From Neoechinorhynchus agilis (lineage: Eukaryota; Animalia; Acanthocephala): a stretch of 64,000 nt of DNA. The stretch is from assembly GCA_051530055.1 (NCBI GenBank), contig CM121342.1, positions 7,112,864-7,176,863 on the forward strand. Direction: 5' to 3'. The translations under genes were made by a program, and so were the position numbers. Every line of letters begins with the position of its first letter. Positions within the stretch are counted from its first letter, which is position 1. A model generated the notes under the pieces. That model worked only from the letters and a program-made list of their open reading frames with translations. It did no database searches and had not been told where the DNA came from. Below are positions 13,062 through 25,100 of this stretch, one piece after another.

Positions 13062-13496
13062 CAAATCCCCAATACGAATCACCATTGAAGGGAGGTATCT
13101 GAGGATCCGGAGGGATGTACAAACTTGATTATTGCTTCAAATACGCTTAAAAAATGACGCGCGTGATGAGATGACCCGAGCTCGATTGTTGGCGGTCTCT
13201 TCGAAGGAATCTGATGCCTGGCTGAACGCCGTTCCGATTCCTTCTCTAGGAAATGTACTCACAGACGAAACATAAGGATCGGAGTGTGTCTACGACTGGG
13301 AATCCTGATTTGTGTCCCACACTACTGTCGTTGTGGGGCCCTTGTGGATTCTTTGGGTAGACACGGTCTCGTCTGTCGCCAGTCCGGTGGCAGGTATGCT
13401 CGATTTTTTAAGCGTATTTGAAGCAATAATCAAGTTTGTACATCCCTCCGGATCCTCAGATACCTCCCTTCAATGGTGATTCGTATTGGGGATTTA
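13062..13496. mobile_element. Foldback element with ~93-bp perfect inverted arms (CA...TA ends) enclosing a retrotransposon fragment
   Basis: AAATCCCCAATACG...CGCTTAAAAAAT (13063-13155) is the reverse complement of 13403-13495. Confidence 0.92.
13156..13402 (+). mobile_element. CRE-clade non-LTR fragment (Zn-knuckle region before the RLE endonuclease)
   Basis: Reads DEMTRARLLAVSSKESDAWLNAVPIPSLGNVLTDE/(frameshift)/RIGVCLRLGILICVPHYCRCGALVDSLGRHGLVCRQSGGRYAR. Confidence 0.85.
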
Positions 13497-14160
13497 CCAA
13501 CTAGCATTGACAGTGCGTTTCCTTTACACGAAAAAAAAGAATCAAAACTGTATTTAAGTGTCTTTTTTAGCGGGGAGACTCACTGTTTGTGAGAGCAAAG
13601 TAGAAGCAATGACCGATTGATGAGCATGATTATTTTAAAATATTGCGAAAGACGAAGCTTCGCCCGATCAATAATTGTTTCAGTATTTAGAAACAATAAA
13701 GAAATTTATATAGTACGAAATTATTTTCGTTATTATTTCTCAATATTTAAACAATCATTGATCGGACGATGTTTCCTCTTTCGGAATATCTCAATAAAAT
13801 ATTTTTTCTTATGTCTTCTATCAAGTCGGTTATATTAAGTTTTTTGAGCGTTCTTTACCCGGCTTTTTCCTTTAAAGGCACACGGCCAACTGATATCTTG
13901 GATCAAAGAAATGATTGAATCACTTAATACCCCGCTGAACCACACGAATCCTCAGATACCTCCCGATGAGGCGGGACTCATCAGTAAGTTTCCGCCCTTC
14001 ATGCCGGTGGTCCAGTAGATTTTAGATCTGGAGAGATGTGCAAAACTCATAACCGTATGTTTTTGGGAGTCTAAGTGATTCAATCACTTCTCTGATCTAA
14101 GATATCGGTGTGGATTCATGCCAACCTTGGAAATGATGTCCCAAATCAGAGTTAACAAGA

Positions 14161-14385
14161 ACTTATGGAGCGCTCGGCAGCTCGGCACTCTCTCTGCTCC
14201 AAGATCTCTCGAAGAAATTGATAGAGGCAACCGGAGACTCAAGAGCAGGTGTATTCTTTCGACAAAATATCTCGCTAGCAGTACAACGGGGCAATGCTGC
14301 CAGCGTGATGGCGACAGCCGAGGAAGGAGAGAAGCCCCAATTTTGGGGACGGCGGTGATTGCACGTTTTGTACTTTATTATGTTG
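14161..14385 (+). mobile_element. 3' end of a CRE-clade non-LTR retrotransposon (RLE endonuclease C-terminus)
   Basis: Frame 14161-14358 reads TYGALGSSALSLLQDLSKKLIEATGDSRAGVFFRQNISLAVQRGNAASVMATAEEGEKPQFWGRR*, containing the typical ETxG...AVQRGNAASV terminus. Confidence 0.85.
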
Positions 14386-14569
14386 TGATTAAAAATATCA
14401 TTGTAGGAAATAAAAAGATCCTTCAAAAAAATGTTTGAAGATTGCACTGTTCATATTGGTTGTTTTCTGGCGTAAAATTTAGATAATTTTAAATTCTGAT
14501 TGATTTCGGAGGCGCACAATCTTGTACGTGTTTATTAATGTTGTAAATTGTTTCTATTTTCGATAACGA

Positions 14570-14830
14570 TCGCTCACTGCGACCACTAATGTGTTCGATA
14601 TTGGTCTTGAACTCAGATATATAATTCAAGTGTCGTTGTTGACGGGCTGACCAAGGATCCGAAACTTTTGACATCGCATAAACTAAAGGTCGATGATCAG
14701 TGTAAATCGTAAACCATCGGCCCTCGACGTAATATTGAAAATGCCGGACAGCGAGATACATGGCCAGAAGTTCACGATCGAAGGTGCTGTACCGTTGTTC
14801 AGGTTTACGCAGTTTGTTGTTGTAGTTGGC
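14570..14830 (-). mobile_element. Ty3/gypsy LTR retrotransposon RNase H fragment
   Basis: EQRYSTFDRELLAMYLAVRHFQYYVEGRWFTIYTDHRPL...SARQQRHLNYISEF..IEHISG. Confidence 0.9.
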
Positions 14831-15004
14831 ATCAGTAGATCGAAAAATCTACTGTCGCCGCACAAAAATGGTTTTTTATTCAACATAACACGGAAAACGT
14901 TAACATGAACCTTATGACGTCGTTAATGGTCACTACAATATTTCATTTATAAGAAAAAAGAGAGCCAGATGACACGAAATTTACTAAGACAATAAAAGAG
15001 ACAA

Positions 15005-15850
15005 TTAAGCGTCAACATCAAAGAACACTTTAATTTCCTTGTTCTTCGTGTCCTCTCCACCTTGTCCAATCGCAACAAGTTCAGACTCATCATCAGTCAA
15101 TTCGATCATTTGATTGGACATTTTGATTAGAATTTTGACTTTCTGATCGGCATCACCTTCTTCATCGCTTTCGATATCGAGAGTTCTTCGCAGATATCGT
15201 CTAAGATGGCCAACGGTTGCGTTCACTTGGGTCTTTATGAACTTGACATCATCATGAGATCTACTTAATCTCGAGCAAACGATTGGAAGCTTGCACGCTT
15301 CACAAGGATAAATCCTAGCGTCTACTTTTGGTGCTCGTCTTCGCTTAGTAGTTGTAGTAGTGGCGGCAGTAGGCGGAGTAGCGACTTCGATTGACATTGA
15401 TGATCTCGTTTTCCGACGTTTCCTAGGTGAATCACTTGTGGCAACGTCAGTGTCCTCGGTGTTTGGCAACTGATGGCCGTCCGGCTCAACAGCGAGATCT
15501 TCTCGTCCACTTCGATCAGGGAAGAGTATCTCAATTAGATTATCGAATAAAACGTCATGACGTAAAGAACGCCTTGAAACCAGCTTTTTTCGACAGGACG
15601 GACATTCCTTATTGCCGGCTCTCAGAGCGGTCGTTATGCAATCGAGACAAAATCTATGAAGACATTCCTTAGCTGCCATTGCCGTCCTCAAAATATCCAA
15701 ACATATTGGACACCGGAATTCGGTTTGGGCCAACCGTTGAATCTGAGAGTCGCTCGGATCACGCAGCGGCACACTCAGTGGAATGGGCGAACGATCTTCT
15801 TGAGAATCATTAAGTTCCCAATTATGAACAGGATTGTAAGATTTGTCCAT
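15005..15850 (-). CDS. RING1: Polycomb PRC1 E3 ligase RING1/RNF2 (Sce) homolog, 281 aa, intronless
   Basis: CPICLDIL...[37 protein letters not shown] matches the RING1/RNF2 RING finger; the C-terminus is RAWUL-like ([17 protein letters not shown]). Confidence 0.92.
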   Translation of the reverse strand: MDKSYNPVHNWELNDSQEDRSPIPLSVPLRDPSDSQIQRLAQTEFRCPICLDILRTAMAAKECLHRFCLDCITTALRAGNKECPSCRKKLVSRRSLRHDVLFDNLIEILFPDRSGREDLAVEPDGHQLPNTEDTDVATSDSPRKRRKTRSSMSIEVATPPTAATTTTTKRRRAPKVDARIYPCEACKLPIVCSRLSRSHDDVKFIKTQVNATVGHLRRYLRRTLDIESDEEGDADQKVKILIKMSNQMIELTDDESELVAIGQGGEDTKNKEIKVFFDVDA

Positions 15851-17829
15851 TTTTATCTATGGCTAAATTGTTCATGAACAACGTTAGATTTGGTTAAATT
15901 CTACCAAAACTGTCAAAAAGCTACACTCACGTAAAAGAAAAATACGGTTTGGCCTCGTCAAAGTAAAGAACAAAGTCGATATTTTCATCATTGATTTGAA
16001 ATAGAGTTTTGAGGGGAACAGAATTAAAGTTTATATTTTAGTCTAGAAAACAGTCCAAAATGAAAAAATTTGTTTTAACAACGGAAATTGCTAAAGACAA
16101 TCGAAAAGAAAACACGCGGTTGAGAAATCAGTGGACAACACCTACAAGCTGATCAACGTGCGGTTGAGCAAATAGATTTTCGTCGATTCGAGAGGCTAAA
16201 ATCGTTAGAACAAGAGAAGTTCCTCATTGGCTAATTTTATAGATTGTGTGTGTTTTTTATTGGATCCTGAAGGAGTAAAACTCCGAAATATCGGTCCAAA
16301 TTGAAAACATTTGTTTCAACCACAGAAATTGCTTAGATAACAACAATCGAAAAGAAAACACGCGGTTGAGAAATCAATCGACAATAGACCAACCAAAAAA
16401 TTAAATATAAACGAACCATAAACATCTTTTCAATTTTATAAAATTCTAGATAAAAACCTGCAAACTCTTTGTCGTATCAAAAGTTCTTAGAATTCTAAAG
16501 TATTTTGAAAAAGACATAAAAAGCAGAAATTCTTTGGAATCAATAATGAAAATAGCGTCTTTGTTCTTAGTTTTGATGTTGAGGGCGAACGGAATAAAAG
16601 TAATTTAATTTTATTCCTCAAGTCTCACGTAGAGGAAAAAAAAATTAAATTGAATTATTTTCGATTAATTGTCACCCCATCCCTCAGAATTAAATTTTTA
16701 TTAATTGTAAAGTTGTTTTGTGATATTGGGATTGATTCCAATATTTCGTAAGCATCGTCGATCTTTGCTAAGGAAAAAATCTTGTATTTTCCTTAGTCTG
16801 ACGAAGCCTATGAAATATTGCGAATCAATCTCTGTATCATTAATTCCGACATCTCAAGTCTTATATTTTCCCAAGGTTTGTCATTGTTTCTTTCTCCCGA
16901 GGAAATATCCGACGATTAATATAGAACCTTGTAAAAAAAACTCTCACTAAGAAAAACAGCTTTCTAATTTTCACTTCTATTTCGAAACAATTTTCAATTG
17001 GCTGAAGAAAAGGCCGAAAATTTTCAATATAAACCTACTTCTGAATCAAACATCGCTAATTGAAACCAATATAAAACCCTAGCGATGGTAAAGCTACGCA
17101 CCTTCTTTTTTTTCGCGCTCAGATTTCAAAAGACAATTTGCGCGCTCTTTTTTTTGATTCTTCCAGCGCGGTATTTTCAATGAAGTGTAACGTCGTTTGT
17201 GTTTGGCAAAGCGCGCGCGCAATGTCTCCTTCTAACGATGACGAAAGCAAGTCGTACGTGGCAGAGACCGCACTGGAGATCGACGACGCGCCAATATTGG
17301 AAAGCCCGTTTGTGCCGACGCGAGTAAAGCCTACACCTTTTTCAACTCCGCCCAGAAACATGGAACTTCTGCGGCATTTAACTCAGAGGATTGCTTGGGC
17401 TCCAAAACGGTTGCCCAAAAGGTGGCGAACGTGTTCAATTGAAAAAAATGACGTATTTCGAGTTTGCACCAAATGAAGTGTACTCATTGACGTTTCTTCT
17501 CCTTCTTCGTCATAAAGTGAGTTTTGTTGCTCGTGTGGTTTGGTGGTCGATTCTTGCAAAGATGTTCATCATTTTCACTTTTTTATAGCGAATTATCAGA
17601 AATTTGATTTATTTGGCCTCCTTCATCAGTCTATTGCTCTTATATAAACACGTTTTATTTATGTAAGAAAAGAACGATCCACACACTTGCTAGCATCGAT
17701 CTTTTGTTGAAGGCAGGGAGGTGGGACTTGTCTTTGAAGGAGTTTTACAGGCGAATGACCGATTGGGAGTCTTGTTCTCCGGTTATTAAGGAAAGATTGG
17801 ACTTGGGGGAAGAAAGAACGAGCGAGGGC

Positions 17830-18060
17830 GAGATGACAGCGGAAGGGAGGAAAGTACGAAAATATAGAGAATTAACAAGGGCTCACTTATGGAGAGCTTG
17901 GCAGCTCGGTACTCTGCTAGAGGATCTCTTGAAGAAATTAAGAGAAACGACCGGCGACACAACGAGGCAATGCTGCAAGCGCGATAGCGACAGCCGAGGA
18001 AGGAGAGAAGCCCCAATTTTGGGGACGGCGGTGATTGCACGTTTTGTACTTTATTATTGT
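17830..18060 (+). mobile_element. Degenerate second copy of the CRE-clade 3' end
   Basis: AEGRKVRKYREL and LEDLLKKLRETTGD; the DNA is nearly identical to 14290-14380 (GCCGAGGAAGGAGAGAAGCCCCAATTTTGGGGACGGCGGTGATTGCACGTTTTGTACTTTATTA). Confidence 0.8.
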
Positions 18061-18399
18061 AAAACCTATTAAAACTGACCTTTTTTCCGAAAAAAACTTG
18101 CTCTTGTAACTCACACCTTTAAACACTTAAAAGAGCAATAGATTGGGGACGAAGGGTTACGCGAAGGCCGAAAATTATCAGAATTCTCTGTAAAACCCAG
18201 ATATCGAAGAAACTCGACGCCGGTCGCAAGCTCGGCTGAAAAAGGGGAAGAGTTGACGTCAGGAAGGACATCCGGCCGTAAAAAAACCTTGCACCAAAAA
18301 CATGATCAGCCACAGACTAAACCCCGAAAAGGGAAAAAGTAAATACAATTCTACCCGTTACCATGACAACACCGATTAATTTCTCTCAAAAAACACCAG

Positions 18400-19179
18400 T
18401 CATGCATCTTTGAACACGTCAATGTTGGTCGATTTGCATTTCCTTAGTCTAAGATCAAAAGTGCCAATGAGTGAGTGACATTGTTTAAAAATATCAAGTC
18501 CTCGTCCGAGTTTAACCAGTCCTCCTGGATTAAATTGTACACTCCGATCGTGTACAACACATGATCGATTAGAGGGCGGGAGAAATCAAAAACGGAAATC
18601 GATCATCAATTTTTGTTGTAAACTGTCCACAAACACGCAATCGAACTCTACGGCGTATTTTGTGTGAAGTTCTTGTTTAAGCCGATCAATTTGACTTTTT
18701 TGATGTTGAGGATTATCCGCTTTGCTCGTGTAAACGACCATTTTCGTCAATTGATTCGGCCGTTTCGCCAACACGAATTCACATAACCTAACGAGATTCT
18801 GAATTTGAGCTGAAGTTCGTATGTATGGATCGTTAATGATTATTGATTGAGTTCGACAAGTATAACACTTATTGAAAATCCGCTCAAAATCAATACCAGT
18901 GTCGTCGTCTAAAATGCGTATTTCTTCACAATGGGACCATTTTGTTTGTTCAATCAATCGCTTAATTTCTTCGGCTCGCTTCAAGTATCCGTTCAGTTTT
19001 TGACGGAGCGATTTGGTGTACTCGTCGCAGGTCGACTTTGTTGAGTATCGCATTAGTAACTCGCATCCATCTGAGTAAAGTCTAAGCGCTCGGTCATAGT
19101 CTTTACTCATGTCAGCCTTTACGGCATCTTCGAGGACTTCTCGAATGTTCAATGGCATCGGAGATGATGACGATGGCAT
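18400..19179 (-). CDS. MITD1: MITD1 (MIT domain plus PLD-like domain), two exons: ~19179-18619 and 18552-18400
   Basis: MIT helices (VLEDAVKAD...YDRALRLYSDG...YLKRAEEIK) and INDPYIR. After the insert the frame continues HDRSVQFNPGGLVKLGRGLDIF...FDLRLRKCKSTNIDVF, matching human [22 protein letters not shown]...CHETTVDIF. Confidence 0.9.
18553..18620 (-). other. TA-bounded hairpin intervening sequence in MITD1 (68 nt, 66 removed)
   Basis: Sense ends are TACAAC...ATGATCGAT and ATCGATCAT...GTTGTA. It contains an in-frame TGA and no AG. Confidence 0.85.
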
Positions 19180-19371
19180 CGACACTATTAAAAACGAACA
19201 GAGTACCTCTTTAGGCCGTAAAATAGAATTTGATAAAACCGATATTTCCAAGTGACAGGAAGAAAGTCAAAAACCCGATTACCCGTCGTCACATTCTCAT
19301 AAACAAAAAACAATGGTCGTCTTTCAAGTGCAGCTCCGATGACGAAAGATGGACACCAATGAATGCTTCTT

Positions 19372-19872
19372 TGTATTTCGAAATGTCCGTAGAAATTGCG
19401 GTTTCCACTAAGAACGAGGAATAACATTTTGGAGATGAGTGGTATCTTCAACTCAGGGATTATTAGGGATTTTAATCTTGTCCTGGCCACAGTATCTCTT
19501 TTCTCGAAGATTTATTTCTTTTGTTCCTCAACGGAAAAGCCGGTTTTCAATCATCTAACAAAAAATGGCCAAAAATTTATTTGAAATTGAAACCTCCTTC
19601 TTAGCACCAAAGAAAATAAGTTTTCTGCCATTTAAATATTCCCAAATCTTCGTATTTCCTTTTTTTGAAAAGATTTAAGAACCTGATCATTGTTAAATAC
19701 ACAAAAGTTAACTCGAAGATTTATTTCGTTTGTTCTTCATCGGAAAAAAACGGGGTTTCAATCATCTAACAAAAAATGGCCAAAAATTTATTTGAAATTG
19801 AAACCTCCTTCTGAGCACCAAAGAAAATAAGTTTTCTGCCATTTAAATATTCCCAAATCTTCGTATATTCTA
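19372..19872 (+). mobile_element. Satellite-bearing dispersed module (unique ~130-bp head plus ~2 units of ~190-bp satellite I)
   Basis: The head is nearly identical to 58258-58394. The right end CCCAAATCTTCGTATATTCT is shared in reverse with the outer end of the block at ~56457. Confidence 0.7.
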
Positions 19873-22144
19873 GTTTAGAACCTAATTTTTTTATTAAATT
19901 CATTTCTTACAAGCCATTCTTTTAATTTATAAAACTTCCGATTGGAATGGCAACTCCATTTGCTTAAATCGTATTTGAGTAAACAAAAAGTTGACCCAAA
20001 AATTTAGGTTTGTAAAACTCGAAACTGTTTCTAGTCTGCAAAAGCATTCCTGACAAGAAGCATTTGACCTAACATTTTAAAGAAAGTTGTGATTAATTAT
20101 AAATGTAATTCAAATCGTTACCGTCCTCTAGTTCGGTTCGCCTCAAAGATCCGTTTCTGGAGGATATCATCGTCAAAAATTAAAGTGATGTTTCGCCGTC
20201 TTTAGCAATCCTTTGAAAGCAATTTTCCTTGGATAACGTTCGACGGTCTTTAGGTTAAATTAGAAGTAATAATACTCGATTATAAACCTTCCATGCTATA
20301 AAAGGACTGAAATCTTTTTAGACCATTAACGACGCCTCCTAACGAAATATCTCGATTTAAAAAAATATGTTTTATTCGGAACGAAGGAGATATTTAGACA
20401 AATTTACGGCCTCTAGAAAAAGCAGAGATGGAAACGTATCGCAAAACCATTTATAGATGCCTTCGACTCTATTGCACTCGTCCGGATAGAATTATGAGGT
20501 CCTTGCACGTCTCTAGAGGTTTTAGAAGGAATCTTCTATAACGAGGCGGAAAAGATTAAAAGAATTTTGGTTAAATCTGATTGATTCCGGATTCGCAATA
20601 TGTGATCTAAGATTTAGTTTTCATTTAGTTCTCAGCATTACTCATTACAGTTTTTGATGTTTCTCCCAACTGAATGTTTTGTTAAAGTACCGGGCTTTTT
20701 TTAAAACATAATCTCGATTCGTTAATGTAGCTGCTACATGTCCAACAAACCATTCGAATGAAAAAAAAACAATGCAAAGCACATAATATTCTCTCTTTTT
20801 TCACATAAAAACTTTTCATCGGTCATTACCCGGGAATCAGTCGCATTGAAGTGCTATGTTTAGATCGAAAATTATTGGAACTTTAACTTTATGGTTTTAA
20901 ATTCGAACGTCGTTTTATATTGTTGCTTTCTTAAATCGCGAATCTCTTTATTGAACTCGCTAACCCTTTCCGATGATAAAAGATTGTGGAGTTCAGTAAT
21001 TAATCTACTTTATTCCATTGTCATTATTTAAACACTTGAAAACAAATGTTTATTTTTGAGCGATTTAGGATCCTTGCGGTTGAAAATTCAGTCGACAATC
21101 CACTAAACAAACTACGTCCGAGATTTCTTTTCAGAGCTCATCGATTAGAGTTGGTAATCGTTAACAAATGTAAATTTGTTCGTATTTGGGTACGAACATT
21201 TCTATGCTTACCAATATTAAAAATTTCGAAGTTCAACAATGAACTTGTTAATTTAAATGAGGGATACGATCGGTTAGTTTGCCTAAGAATTTAGCTAACA
21301 TTATTTGGTTGCGGCAATCTCACTTAAGATTTTTAACCGTATTCTTGTCTGTAAATGTTGAAGATTAAAATTTATGTTTTTGCAGCAGATTTGGGTTGTA
21401 AGTTTTCACTCTGAAGATCGGAATCGTTATCAAAGCTTTGATTATTTTAGCATGAATTTACCATATCAAGTGCAATTTTTTGCTTCATATAAAACGGCTG
21501 AGAATAGCAGTGTTTTGTAAAATCAAAAAAACCTAAGATCTCAATTTAACATTTAAAATTTGCCTACTTTACCACACGTAAATCATCACGAACATCGACA
21601 ATCTTGAGATGGAATGGACCTTTTTTAAGATCCAAAGTGATAATTATGATTGAATTCAATCTGAAACTTTTTCTTTATCCAGACATCTAAATCTCGAGTA
21701 CAATGAACACCTCCCATGTTCATATTGTTCGCTTTTTTTTGAAAATATGTTTTTGTTCATAATGTTGCGCCTCCGTTATGCATGTAGTTTTGTTGTAATG
21801 TTTTAAATGGTAACAATCCGGTTTCGAATGTAAAGAAAATGCTACTTTTTGCATTTTAGAACCGGGAATTTGTTTCAATTTGTAGCCTTTGGATAGTTCG
21901 CTGTGTCTAGGGCACCGTTCAAGAATATTCCAGCCAATTAAAGATTTGTATTCACTTAATCTTTAAAAAAAGAGAAGGATTTGACAGATCAACGATCCGA
22001 TCCATGAAAGCGTCCATCAATGCCGGTTCATGACTCGTAACTCTTCGATGCTTTCTTTAGCAATCGGCTTAATTTTTACCCCGAAGTTGACTAAAATTCT
22101 GTTAATGTATCGATGATACGATTTCGTTCTAAATTAAGGACCAA

Positions 22145-25100
22145 CAAAGCTAAGCTGAAAAACAAAGAATTTATTCCTCTTTTCTTCGTTTTCGTTAGAA
22201 ACCAGTTAGATTCCTTCTTTATCTGGAATTTAGACTTTTAATTCTTTTTATATCCATGAAAGCGTCCATCGATTCAACGGGTTTTTTTATAGTAAAAGCC
22301 AAAAAAGCTAAGCTGGAAAACAAAGAATTTATTCCACTTTTCTTCGTTTTCGTTAGAAACCAGTTAGATTCCTTCTTTATCTGGAATTTAGACTTTTAAT
22401 TCTTTTTATATCCATGAAAGCGTCCATCGATTCAACGGGTTTTTTTATAGTAAAAGCCAAAAAAGCTAAGCTGGAAAACAAAGAATTTATTCCACTTTTC
22501 TTCGTTTTCGTTAGAAACCAGTTAGATTCCTTCTTTATCTGGAATTTAGACTTTTAATTCTTTTAATATCCATGAAAGCGTCCATCGATTCAACGGGTTT
22601 TTTATAGTAAAAACCAAAAAAGCTAAGCTGAAAAACAAAGAATTTATTCCACTTTTCTTCGTTTTCGTTAGAAACCAGTTAGATTCCTTCTTTATTTTGA
22701 ATTTAGACTTTTAATTCTTTTTATATCCATGAAAGCGTCCATCGATTCAACGGGTTTTTTATAGTAAAAGCCAAAAAAGCTAAGCTGGAAAACAAAGAAT
22801 TTATTCCTCTTTTCTTCGTTTTCGTTAGAAACCAGTTAGATTCCTTCTTTATTTTGAATTTAGACTTTTAATTCTTTTTATATCCATGAAAGCGTCCATC
22901 GATTCAACGGGTTTTTTATAGTAAAACCCAAAAAAGCTAAGCTGAAAAACAAAGAATTTATTCCACTTTTCTTCGTTCTCGTCAGAAACTCGTTAGATTC
23001 CTTCTTTATCTGGGATTTGGACTTTTAATTCTTTGACTGTTCATGGAAGCGTCCATCGATTCAACGGGTTTTTTAAAGTAAGGACAAAAAAATTAGCTGA
23101 AAAACAAAGAATTTATTCCACTTTTCTTCGTTCTCGTTAGAAACCAGTTAGATTCCTTCTTTATTTGGAATTTAGACTTTTAATTCTTTGACTGTCCATG
23201 AAAGCGTCCATCGATTCAACGGGTTTTTTATAGTAAAAACCAAAAAAGCTAAGCTGAAAAACAAAGAATTTATTCCACTTTTCTTCGTTTTCGTTAGAAA
23301 CCAGTTAGATTCCTTCTTTATTTTGAATTTAGACTTTTAATTCTTTGACTGTCCATGAAAGCGTCCATCGATTCAACGGGTTTTTTATAGTAAAAACCAA
23401 AAAAGCTAAGCTGGAAAACAAAGAATTTATTCCACTTTTCTTCGTTTTCGTTAGAAACCAGTTAGATTCCTTCTTTATTTTGAATTTAGACTTTTAATTC
23501 TTTGACTGTCCATGAAAGCGTCCATCGATTCAACGGGTTTTTTATAGTAAAAACCAAAAAAGCTAAGCTGAAAAACAAAGAATTTATTCCACTTTTCTTC
23601 GTTCTCGTTAGAAACCAGTTAGATTCCTTCTTTATCTGGAATTTAGACTTTTAATTCTTTGACTGTCCATGAAAGCGTCCATCGATTCAACGGGTTTTTT
23701 ATAGTAAAAACCAAAAAAGCTAAGCTGGAAAACAAAGAATTTATTCCACTTTTCTTCGTTTTCGTTAGAAACCAGTTAGATTCCTTCTTTATCTGGAATT
23801 TAGACTTTTAATTCTTTGACTGTCCATGAAAGCGTCCATCGATTCAACGGGTTTTTTATAGTAAAAACCAAAAAAGCTAAGCTGAAAAACAAAGAATTTA
23901 TTCCACTTTTCTTCGTTTTCGTTAGAAACCAGTTAGATTCCTTCTTTATTTTGAATTTAGACTTTTAATTCTTTTTATATCCATGAAAGCGTCCATCGAT
24001 TCAACGGGTTTTTTTATAGTAAAAACCAAAAAAGCTAAGCTGGAAAACAAAGAATTTATTCCACTTTTCTTCGTTTTCGTTAGAAACCAGTTAGATTCCT
24101 TCTTTATTTGGAATTTAGACTTTTAATTCTTTGACTGTCCATGAAAGCGTCCATCGATTCAACGGGTTTTTTATAGTAAAAGCCAAAAAAGCTAAGCTGA
24201 AAAACAAAGAATTTATTCCACTTTTCTTCGTTTTCGTTAGAAACCAGTTAGATTCCTTCTTTATTTGGAATTTAGACTTTTAATTCTTTTTATATCCATG
24301 AAAGCGTCCATCGATTCAACGGGTTTTTTTATAGTAAAAACCAAAAAAGCTAAGCTGGAAAACAAAGAATTTATTCCACTTTTCTTCGTTTTCGTTAGAA
24401 ACCAGTTAGATTCCTTCTTTATTTGGAATTTAGACTTTTAATTCTTTGACTGTCCATGAAAGCGTCCATCGATTCAACGGGTTTTTTTATAGTAAAAGCC
24501 AAAAAAGCTAAGCTGGAAAACAAAGAATTTATTCCACTTTTCTTCGTTTTCGTTAGAAACCAGTTAGATTCCTTCTTTATTTTGAATTTAGACTTTTAAT
24601 TCTTTTTATATCCATGAAAGCGTCCATCGATTCAACGGGTTTTTTATAGTAAAACCCAAAAAAGCTAAGCTGAAAAACAAAGAATTTATTCCACTTTTCT
24701 TCGTTCTCGTCAGAAACTCGTTAGATTCCTTCTTTATCTGGAATTTAGACTTTTAATTCTTTGACTGTTCATGAAAGCGTCCATCGATTCAACGGGTTTT
24801 TTATAGTAAAGACAAAAAAAGCTAAGCTGAAAAACAAAGAATTTATTCCACTTTTCTTCGTTCTCGTTAGAAACCAGTTAGATTCCTTCTTTATTTTGAA
24901 TTTAGACTTTTAATTCTTTGACTGTCCATGAAAGCGTCCATCGATTCAACGGGTTTTTTTATAGTAAAAACCAAAAAAGCTAAGCTGAAAAACAAAGAAT
25001 TTATTCCACTTTTCTTCGTTTTCGTTAGAAACCAGTTAGATTCCTTCTTTATTTGGAATTTAGACTTTTAATTCTTTGACTGTCCATGAAAGCGTCCATC

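Noticed and set aside
17119-17588. Overlapping short ORFs on both strands
   Set aside because: The region looks coding-like, but no strand or frame could be supported by a motif.
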